From positions 1 through 24,000 of the forward strand of contig JAVQUC010000010.1 of the NCBI GenBank assembly GCA_033580815.1: a stretch of DNA of 24,000 bases. The letters run 5' to 3'. Below are positions 15,275 to 21,630 of the stretch, piece after piece. The notes below the pieces were generated by a model. The model saw only the letters and a program-made list of their open reading frames with translations, was not told the origin of the DNA and ran no database searches. The stretch's first letter is position 1. The number at the start of each line of letters is the position of its first letter. Both the position numbers and the translations under genes were made by a program. The stretch comes from Candidatus Caldarchaeum sp. Its GTDB lineage: Archaea > Thermoproteota > Nitrososphaeria_A > Caldarchaeales > Caldarchaeaceae.

Positions 15275-15743
15275 AACGCGCATCGACATCGTGGAGTTTC
15301 TGTCTGGAAAACCGTGAAACACGGTACAACGCCACAGCGGACATGGAGAGAATCATCATGCCTATCGATAAGCCGACGATAGATTCAGGGGTCATGTTGA
15401 GGGCGTGAAAAACCGAAGCCGCAGCTCCCACAATCAAAGATGTTACGAGGAAAGGAACAGACCCAGCCATGGAAAAAGCTGCCACAATCATCAACAACAC
15501 TTGGAAGAATGCAAGCGGCAGACCCGGCACAGCCGTGAACAAGTTGGGGAAAAATAAGCTATAGGGCACGTACGCTAAGAGCATTAATCCGGAAAATACC
15601 TGCAGCTTCGTGGTCTTCGCCAATGGTTTCTCATCGGATTGTTTAAGGGTAAATTCGGCTCCGCAGTTGGGACACTCTGCCTTCCACGCCTGCAACCTGT
15701 ACCTTGCTCCACAGTTGCTGCAGACGAAGAGGTATCGCTTCAA
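15228..15743 (-). CDS. Zinc-ribbon membrane protein (N-terminal CxxC...CxxC, then about 4 TM helices), hypothetical
   Basis: 171 aa: [31 protein letters not shown] followed by hydrophobic helices. The ATG overlaps the stop of the upstream Rieske gene (ATGA at 15740-15743). Confidence 0.65.
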   Translation of the reverse strand: MKRYLFVCSNCGARYRLQAWKAECPNCGAEFTLKQSDEKPLAKTTKLQVFSGLMLLAYVPYSLFFPNLFTAVPGLPLAFFQVLLMIVAAFSMAGSVPFLVTSLIVGAAASVFHALNMTPESIVGLSIGMMILSMSAVALYRVSRFSRQKLHDVDARSMPEYSGWGKPREPS

Positions 15744-16054
15744 TCGCTCAACTCCACGTGGACGAAACCATCCTTCACCACCGTTTTGTACGTCTTCAGG
15801 GGTTTGAGCTCTTCGTCGAATTCGGCCTCACCGGTTTCGAGGTCCCATACCGCCGCGTGACCCGCGCATACAACCTTCTTGCCCTCGAGAACCCCCTCCG
15901 AGAGGTCCCATTCTTCGTGACTGCATAGAGCATCCATCGCGTAGAAGACGCCTTCAACGTTAGCCAACAAAATATGCCGGCCCTCGACATCATAGGTTTT
16001 CATAGAACCTTGCGGAAGTTCCTTGACATCGGCCACTCTGACCAAACGAGTCAT
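15740..16054 (-). CDS. Soluble Rieske [2Fe-2S] ferredoxin-like protein
   Basis: 104 aa with complete Rieske ligand boxes: CSHEEW (CxH) and VVCAGHAAVW (CxxH). Confidence 0.85.
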   Translation of the reverse strand: MTRLVRVADVKELPQGSMKTYDVEGRHILLANVEGVFYAMDALCSHEEWDLSEGVLEGKKVVCAGHAAVWDLETGEAEFDEELKPLKTYKTVVKDGFVHVELSD

Positions 16055-16096
16055 GTCGGTTTCTTCTCGTTATTGGTGATAATATGGTTTTTGGCA

Positions 16097-16240
16097 TTAC
16101 GTCGGGTATTTGTCGGGGTTTTTGTCGAAGATGGTTTTGCAGTGGGCGGAGCAGAAGTAGATGGTTTTTCCGGCGCGTTGTGAAGTGTGCTTTGTTTTTG
16201 AGGGGTCGACGGTCATTTTGCAGACTGGGTCGACGGCCAT
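16097..16240 (-). CDS. YHS/TRASH-domain small metal-binding protein (47 aa), not in the supplied ORF track
   Basis: My own translation is MAVDPVCKMTVDPSKTKHTSQRAGKTIYFCSAHCKTIFDKNPDKYPT*. It matches the YHS pattern DPVC.M.V......G..YYFCS..C...F...P..Y. It runs ATG 16240-16238 to TAA 16099-16097 and lies 42 nt upstream of the Rieske gene on the same strand. Confidence 0.8.
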   Translation of the reverse strand: MAVDPVCKMTVDPSKTKHTSQRAGKTIYFCSAHCKTIFDKNPDKYPT

Positions 16241-16259
16241 GCGAACAAGGGGTCTAGGG

Positions 16260-16278
16260 TTTTTTTATGTTTTAATAG
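16260..16278. promoter_or_regulatory. Bidirectional promoter core, TTTTTTTATGTTTTAATAG, between the divergent YHS operon and trxB
   Basis: TTTTAATA is centred about 26 nt upstream of the trxB ATG (16300). On the other strand, ATAAAAAAA is centred about 24 nt upstream of the YHS ATG (16240). The whole spacer is 59 nt. Confidence 0.5.
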
Positions 16279-16299
16279 GGCTGCCGGCACCTTTTGACC

Positions 16300-17274
16300 A
16301 TGCAGGACGTTTACGACGTCATCGTAATAGGGGGAGGGCCGGCGGGCTACACAGCCGCGATATACACGTGCCGAGCCAACCTCAAGACTTTGGTCATCGC
16401 CGGGATTGAGGCCGGTGGTCAGCTGATGCTCACGCGTGAAGTAGAAAACTATCCGGGGTTCAGCAACGGCGTACTAGGACCAGACCTGATGGAAAACATG
16501 AAACAACAGGCCATCAACCAAGGAGCTGAAATAATCTTCGATAACGCATCCGGAGTCGACTTTAGAAAACATCCCTTTGAGGTCTTCGTTGGAGATGAGA
16601 AGTACCGTGCTAAGGTCGTGATCGTTGCGACGGGTGCTTCTCCGAAGTGGCTCGGTCTGGAAGGTGAAAAAAGGCTTCTAGCCCGTGGTGTTTCCAGCTG
16701 CGCGACCTGCGACGGCCCGCTTTTCAAAGGAACTGATGCGACCGTTGTGGTGGGTGGAGGGGACACGGCCATGGAATACGCCCTCTTCCTCAGCAACCTC
16801 GTCTCCAAAGTCTATGTAGTCCACCGTCGGGACAACCTCCGCGCCTCCAAGGTATTGGCGGAGAGAGCGATGAAAAACCCGAAAATCACCTTTGTTTGGA
16901 ACAGCGTCGTGACGGACATAATCGGCCAGAACAAGGTCGAGGCTGTTAAAGTGAAAAACCTCAAAACTGGCGAGGTGTCCGAGATAAAGACCCAGTCAGT
17001 GTTCGTCGCCATCGGCCACAAGCCCAACACCGAAATCTTCGCCGATCAGCTTGAGCTAGACGAAGAGGGTTACATCAAGCTCTACGACAGTATGCGGACC
17101 AGCGTTCCCGGAGTTTTCGCGGCGGGAGATGTTCACGACAAGCGTTACAGGCAGGCCGTCACTGCGGCCGGGTTCGGATGCATGGCTGCGATGGAGGCCA
17201 TAAGATTCATTGAAAGCGGTGAAGCTGAAAAAATTCTTCAAACCTCTACAAAAATTTCGTCCTCAACCACGTGA
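16300..17274 (+). CDS. trxB: Thioredoxin reductase (low-Mr TrxR family flavoprotein)
   Basis: It has the FAD motif YDVIVIGGGPAGYTAAIY, the redox CxxC SCATCDGPLF, the second dinucleotide motif VVVGGGDTAMEYALFL with HRRDNLRAS, and FAAGDV. There is a roughly 20-aa Ser/Thr-rich C-terminal tail. The track ORF begins at TTG 16294. Confidence 0.9.
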   Translation: MQDVYDVIVIGGGPAGYTAAIYTCRANLKTLVIAGIEAGGQLMLTREVENYPGFSNGVLGPDLMENMKQQAINQGAEIIFDNASGVDFRKHPFEVFVGDEKYRAKVVIVATGASPKWLGLEGEKRLLARGVSSCATCDGPLFKGTDATVVVGGGDTAMEYALFLSNLVSKVYVVHRRDNLRASKVLAERAMKNPKITFVWNSVVTDIIGQNKVEAVKVKNLKTGEVSEIKTQSVFVAIGHKPNTEIFADQLELDEEGYIKLYDSMRTSVPGVFAAGDVHDKRYRQAVTAAGFGCMAAMEAIRFIESGEAEKILQTSTKISSSTT

Positions 17275-17546
17275 ATTGGATAAGTTTTTAGGGGTTTCGT
17301 CGCGGGGGGATTAAGAACTTCTCCGGTCTCCAGCTTGAACCTCGAAAGATGGACCGGGCAGGTGATTGTCTTGTCGAAAACCAGACCATTGACAAGCTCA
17401 GCGTAATCATGGGTGCAGATGTTCGAGACTGCGTAAACCTTTCCCGCATGCCTCAAAACCAAAATCTGTTCATCTTGGTATGTGATGACTTTCGAATCAC
17501 CTTCGGTTAGGTCGGATGACCTACAAACCTTCAAGAGGTTCGGCAC
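17238..17546 (-). CDS. Soluble Rieske [2Fe-2S] ferredoxin-like protein, paralog of 15740..16054
   Basis: 102 aa with CTHDYAEL (CxH) and ITCPVHLSRF (CxxH). It shares LETGE and KPLKTY with the first Rieske protein and overlaps the trxB 3' end by 37 nt. Confidence 0.85.
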   Translation of the reverse strand: MPNLLKVCRSSDLTEGDSKVITYQDEQILVLRHAGKVYAVSNICTHDYAELVNGLVFDKTITCPVHLSRFKLETGEVLNPPATKPLKTYPIHVVEDEIFVEV

Positions 17547-17570
17547 GACGACTCGGTATGAAGGCTTTTC

Positions 17571-17580
17571 TTTATATTTT
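17571..17580. promoter_or_regulatory. TATA-like box TTTATATTTT in the divergent spacer between Rieske-2 and the methyltransferase
   Basis: On the minus strand (AAAATATAAA) it is centred about 29 nt upstream of the Rieske-2 ATG (17546). It lies about 39 nt upstream of the ATG at 17614. Confidence 0.4.
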
Positions 17581-17613
17581 GACGAACGACACTGTTTTGG
17601 CGGATATACTTTG

Positions 17614-18174
17614 ATGGGGTTGGAAACAGATGCCTGGCGGGGGTTGGCTGTCGGCTCCCGGTTTAGGAGGTTGATCCAAAACCCCTACAAGATTTTACGT
17701 GAGGTCGGGCTAGAAAAGTCACATGCGTTTCTTGACGTTGGATGCGGTTCTGGTTTCCTGTCGATACCGGCGTCGACTATAGTGGGTAAAGAGGGAATCG
17801 TCTATGCTGTCGATGTTTCAGAGAAATCCCTAAACGAGCTGAGTTTACACGCCAAAAGATACGGGATAGAAAACATCGAAATCCTCCGTACACCTGCGGA
17901 GAAACTAGAAGGTGTTCCGGATAAATCGATAGATAGGGCAGTCTTCCTGTTTAGCTTGCATCACGTAGAAGACATAAAACAGTCTTTCGAAGCGGTGAGG
18001 GAGAGGTTGAAACAGAACGGCATTCTCCTCGTCTACGACCCGATAAGGTCCCGTTTAATGGGTCATGGAACCTCTCCTGCAAAGGTACTGAAGACGCTGA
18101 ATCAAACAGGCTTCGACGTAGTCAGTTACCGTGAAGGCCTGATTTTCTGGAAAGCACTTGCGAAGCCTGTTTAG
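17614..18174 (+). CDS. Class I SAM-dependent methyltransferase (type 11-like)
   Basis: It has the SAM motif I FLDVGCGSGFLSIPAS, followed by VYAVDVSEKSL and AVFLFSLHHV. I prefer the internal ATG at 17614 because the track ORF start (17482) would overlap the Rieske-2 5' end antisense. Confidence 0.75.
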   Translation: MGLETDAWRGLAVGSRFRRLIQNPYKILREVGLEKSHAFLDVGCGSGFLSIPASTIVGKEGIVYAVDVSEKSLNELSLHAKRYGIENIEILRTPAEKLEGVPDKSIDRAVFLFSLHHVEDIKQSFEAVRERLKQNGILLVYDPIRSRLMGHGTSPAKVLKTLNQTGFDVVSYREGLIFWKALAKPV

Positions 18175-19745
18175 GTACAGAAGTTCTTTATCTCGACCTT
18201 CATGTCGGAGAGGTTTACGATGGCGAAGTGACCGACCGCGGGCTCAAGCCCCAGCGCTTTCTGGTAGTCGGTTTGGTCTTGCCATGCTCCGGTGTTGACG
18301 AGCTTGACACCGCGGTATGTTTTGTTCACTAGTACGTGGATGTGTCCGGTTTGGAGAAGGTGCGGTGTCTCCGAGATCACGAGGCTGTCGGTCTTCATGG
18401 GTAGTAGTTGTGTGTTTCCGCCGTAGACGGGCGCGAGATGCCTGTATCTGAGGAGGGATGCGACTACTTCGGCAGCGTTTTCTGGCAAAGTGCTGTATGA
18501 AACGTTCGGCAGCGACTGTATTAATTCGTCAAGGCCTTGACCGTGGTACACCAAGAACCGCCGACCGTCTAACAAGACCATGGCAGGGTTAGAGACGTGG
18601 ATTATGTCTCGTTTGCTGTTCAGGATTCTACGATACCGGTGCTGGATCGGTGGCTGGGGAATTGGTTTCCTCACTGGCTCATGGTTGCCGGGACTGAAAA
18701 CTATCTGTATATGGTCTGGGATTTCGGCGAGAAGCTGTGCAGCCATACTCAACTGGTCCTCGACGTTCTTTATCTCGAGGTCTTTTTCTTGTCCTGGGTA
18801 AACACCGATACCCTCTACCAGGTCTCCGGCAATGATGATACATGATATTTTCTTGACTGTGCCGTCTCGAGACCTGTTGAGCCAGTCCAGGAATTTCTCA
18901 AAAAGGTCTCTGCGGAAATGTTTGCTGCCGACGTGGATGTCGGAAATGAGGCAGACGTATGATTCTGGCGTTTTCGGCTTCTGTATTAATGATGTTTCTT
19001 CGACGTCTGGATAAATCAGCTCGGTCAAAATATTTATTTCGCCCATCTTGCGGACCTTGATCCCCACCACGACGTCGGTCGGCAGCTGAAGAGCCATCGT
19101 GTATAGTTGCTCGTTTTTCTTTGAGGCCAAAACGACTGTTTGCCCGGATGGGTCGTCGACCTCCAGTCTGAGGGAATTTTTCTGCTCCTGTTTATCGAGA
19201 ACCATGACGGCCAAAGATGCTTCAGCACCGTCCTTCACCGCCGCAAGTTCGGAGACGGGAATAAATTCGACGCGTCTTTTGGCTAAAATTTTCCTTATCT
19301 CATGGTATCGGCTCATAAACAGCCTTTGGAACTCTACGAGCTCGCCTTCCACTCTGGATTCTTCCTCGACGGATGAAATTGTTTCGATCTTGGGTGAATG
19401 AGCCGCTGGTTCCTCGGATAATGTCACGGAATTTTCAGGCGTCGGCGTTTCCTCGTCGGTGTAGATTTGTTCGGCTGCGATGAAGGATGTTTCGGGATTC
19501 GTTCTTTTTATCCTCTCGATGGTTTGGACTAGAATCTGATGGGGGTTTTTGCAGGACTCCAACTTTTGCAACGCTTCTTCGGTTAGCTGAAATCCTTCTC
19601 TGACAGCGGTTGAGACGAGCTCCTTGTAAAGTTGCCGGCGGAGCAGCGACAACCCCACCGGTATCAGATAATCCGCTGAATAAATCCGTAAATAGGTATC
19701 CCGCACCGTCTCAGACATGGTTCGAATCGGCGGCGCTGAGGCCAA
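18171..19745 (-). CDS. polB: DNA polymerase II (PolD) small subunit DP1
   Basis: The C-terminal calcineurin-like phosphoesterase motifs are ISDIHVGSKHF, IIAGDLVEGIG, SPGNHEP, VYHGQG and TGHIH. They follow an OB-like middle region and an N-terminal helical domain. The start is TTG 19745 or, more likely, ATG 19718 (MSETVRD). Confidence 0.85.
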   Translation of the reverse strand: MASAPPIRTMSETVRDTYLRIYSADYLIPVGLSLLRRQLYKELVSTAVREGFQLTEEALQKLESCKNPHQILVQTIERIKRTNPETSFIAAEQIYTDEETPTPENSVTLSEEPAAHSPKIETISSVEEESRVEGELVEFQRLFMSRYHEIRKILAKRRVEFIPVSELAAVKDGAEASLAVMVLDKQEQKNSLRLEVDDPSGQTVVLASKKNEQLYTMALQLPTDVVVGIKVRKMGEINILTELIYPDVEETSLIQKPKTPESYVCLISDIHVGSKHFRRDLFEKFLDWLNRSRDGTVKKISCIIIAGDLVEGIGVYPGQEKDLEIKNVEDQLSMAAQLLAEIPDHIQIVFSPGNHEPVRKPIPQPPIQHRYRRILNSKRDIIHVSNPAMVLLDGRRFLVYHGQGLDELIQSLPNVSYSTLPENAAEVVASLLRYRHLAPVYGGNTQLLPMKTDSLVISETPHLLQTGHIHVLVNKTYRGVKLVNTGAWQDQTDYQKALGLEPAVGHFAIVNLSDMKVEIKNFCT

Positions 19746-21003
19746 GATTGTTTTCAGGAAAAGGGGTTACACGCCTCATTTCGCTGAATATGTCGAGGAC
19801 CCAGCCTCGGGGGTTCATGTGCTGGTTATGGCCGACCCACACACGAGGAGGTCTGCTCTGATCTTTGACCCAGAATCCGGTAAAATTCTCTGGGAATACC
19901 CAGTTCCCGGAAGAAAGTTGACGGCAAACCCACACATCGCACGTATTCTGACGGAGCCCATGCCCGATTTCAACGCGAAACCGGGTGACGTGGTCTGCGC
20001 GGACCTAGACAACCGCTTCATCGTCGTCGACCGACAGACAAAAACAGTCAAATGGAGTCACGGGCCGAAAGACGCTGTTTGGTCCCACGACTTCCTCCCA
20101 ACCAGAAGCTTTGACGCCGTTTTGACGACCGACTATGGGACCGGGTTGATGAAAAAGCTCGACGGTCGGGGAAACGTTTTGTGGAGCTTGGATTTGGGCA
20201 AGGGTCTGGCGAAGCTTTCCCGTGTGCCGGGAAAAACTCCAAGCGGAATCCACGGAAACAGCTTCGGAGGTCATGTACTCGCAGCCGTCAACCAATCCAT
20301 GCGAGGCGTCTACGAGGTTAACGAAGACGATGGAAAAATTGTTTGGGAATGTCCGCCGCCCGAAGGGAGCAAAAACTGTTTCCTCACACTGAAGCCTCAT
20401 TCGGCAGTTCGTCTTGGATTGGCCGAGCTTGGAGGAAACATCACTGTCTTCAATCACGAAGCCGGTGGCGGGTTCGTCGCCGTCGACAAGGACTGTAGAC
20501 CACGTTGGGGAGTCATGAAGCCTTTCGTCGTCAGCCAAAAATCCGAGCTCTATCGTCCCTCTTCAACTGGGCTCTATGAAACGACACACGTATTCACGAC
20601 GCCGAACGGCGTGGTTGGCATAATCGACTGGGACGGCCCAGACTACTCGACGGTCTACGAGGTTCTTGAGCCTCCGCGGAAAACAGCCCTTTATTGGCTG
20701 CTGGCCTGGAACAGAAACGCGTCATCCAAGGAGGAGTTCATCGACCCACCCGTCGAAACAGGCGAATGGAGAGAAACAATCTTCCAAGCTATCAACCGTG
20801 GTAAAGGCCGTCTCCGAGTCAAGGTCTATGGAACTTGTTCGCCGCTGGTTGACGATTGTGCGGGTTGGTCATTGGTTTCGGCTTTGCGGGTTGAAGCAGG
20901 GGGAGTGGATGATCTTAGGGTTGACGGTTATTCGGCCGTTCGCGTGGCCGTTTCTTCGGAAGGAGACACCAATTATTCAATTTACGTCGTCCACAGGGCT
21001 TAG
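19717..21003 (+). CDS. Hypothetical beta-propeller-like repeat protein (PQQ-like / arylsulfotransferase-like blades) with a distinct C-terminal domain of about 100 aa
   Basis: 428 aa. There are six spaced repeats ending in a G-x-hydrophobic-x-W type motif: GKILWEY, KTVKWSH, GNVLWSL, GKIVWEC, CRPRWGV and GIIDWDG. No signal peptide or TM is visible. The start is uncertain (ATG 19717 or ATG 19828). Confidence 0.55.
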   Translation: MVRIGGAEAKIVFRKRGYTPHFAEYVEDPASGVHVLVMADPHTRRSALIFDPESGKILWEYPVPGRKLTANPHIARILTEPMPDFNAKPGDVVCADLDNRFIVVDRQTKTVKWSHGPKDAVWSHDFLPTRSFDAVLTTDYGTGLMKKLDGRGNVLWSLDLGKGLAKLSRVPGKTPSGIHGNSFGGHVLAAVNQSMRGVYEVNEDDGKIVWECPPPEGSKNCFLTLKPHSAVRLGLAELGGNITVFNHEAGGGFVAVDKDCRPRWGVMKPFVVSQKSELYRPSSTGLYETTHVFTTPNGVVGIIDWDGPDYSTVYEVLEPPRKTALYWLLAWNRNASSKEEFIDPPVETGEWRETIFQAINRGKGRLRVKVYGTCSPLVDDCAGWSLVSALRVEAGGVDDLRVDGYSAVRVAVSSEGDTNYSIYVVHRA

Positions 21004-21060
21004 CGCATTTTCGCACCGCTCTCCCAATTTATCATCCACTTCTCCCAACTATCTGTCGGC

Positions 21061-21372
21061 ATGGGAAGAACCGCTCCAACCTACCGCCAGATGCTCGAGG
21101 CGGAGGTGCAGAGCTGGACGGAATTCCGGAAAGCTTTGCTCAAAGACGAGCGGGAAGCCTTCGACAGGCTTGTCAACCAAAGCTTCCGCTATGTCCACGC
21201 CGGAACGATGAACCCCTTCCGAAAACCCTTCGAAAACTTCCTGATGTCAGCCCTCCTTTCACACGAAGAAAGGCTCTGGGTTCTCGAACAATCCCTCAAA
21301 CAATCGATGCGCATAGACGGGCCCGGCAGACTGACTAGAGCAGCAGACCTATCGCAATTCTTCGAAGAATGA
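21061..21372 (+). CDS. Hypothetical small alpha-helical protein (103 aa)
   Basis: It has an ATG start and protein-like composition (MGRTAPTYRQMLEAEVQSWTEFRKALLKDEREAFDRLV...). I recognise no family. Confidence 0.55.
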   Translation: MGRTAPTYRQMLEAEVQSWTEFRKALLKDEREAFDRLVNQSFRYVHAGTMNPFRKPFENFLMSALLSHEERLWVLEQSLKQSMRIDGPGRLTRAADLSQFFEE

Positions 21373-21410
21373 TTTTTAAACACGCACAAACATCCTTAAC
21401 ATGAACACAA

Positions 21411-21485
21411 GGGCCCGTAGCTCAGCCAGGTTAGAGCGCCAGGCTCATAACCTGGTGGTCGTGGGTTCGAATCCCACCGGGCCCA
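21411..21485 (+). tRNA. tRNA with CAT anticodon: elongator tRNA-Met or tRNA-Ile2 (not initiator)
   Basis: The fold is GGGCCCG-TA-GCTC-AGCCAGGTTA-GAGC-G-CCAGG-CTCATAA-CCTGG-TGGTC-GTGGG-TTCGAAT-CCCAC-CGGGCCC-A. It has G1:C72 and lacks the three consecutive G:C pairs at the base of the anticodon stem, so it is not an archaeal initiator. Confidence 0.85.
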
Positions 21486-21597
21486 CGACAAACGCCAACC
21501 CGAACCATCTGACACGGAGATGCCACGCTCTCGTCAAATCATTTCACAATACGTTCGAAATATGCGCGTAGTCTGTCTCGTATCGTGCCTTGTAACG

Positions 21598-21606
21598 TTT
21601 ATATAA
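21598..21606 (+). promoter_or_regulatory. Archaeal TATA box TTTATATAA for the nnr-like gene
   Basis: A consensus-like TTTATATA is followed by an A-run. It is centred about 29 nt upstream of the TTG at 21631, which fits a leaderless transcript. Confidence 0.55.
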
Positions 21607-21630
21607 AAAACGGAACAAAAACAGTTTGGT

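Noticed and set aside
16161-16409. 82-aa + strand ORF across the YHS gene and the trxB start
   Set aside because: It is antisense to a very clear YHS-domain frame and out of frame with trxB. Its Gly/Arg-rich translation looks spurious.
17482-17613. 44-codon N-terminal extension of the SAM methyltransferase ORF
   Set aside because: It would overlap the 5' end of the Rieske-2 gene antisense by 65 nt and would swallow the TATA-like box at 17571-17580. The methyltransferase fold is complete from the ATG at 17614.
20005-20538. 177-aa minus-strand ORF antisense to the beta-propeller gene
   Set aside because: It is a shadow ORF in a GC-rich coding region with no recognisable motifs. The + strand frame has the repeated blade pattern and continues for 428 codons.
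20666-21211. 181-aa + strand ORF in an alternative frame bridging the propeller gene and the 103-aa gene
   Set aside because: Its Arg/Ser/Thr/Pro-rich low-complexity translation is typical of an off-frame read of GC-rich coding DNA. It would overlap two better-supported frames.
21486-21597. About 110-nt non-coding stretch after the CAT tRNA, considered as a possible small RNA or 27-aa ORF (MPRSRQIISQYVRNMRVVCLVSCLVTFI)
   Set aside because: I found only 4-bp stems, no C/D or H/ACA box pairs, and the mini-ORF runs into the TATA box of the nnr gene. The region is most simply a promoter-containing spacer.
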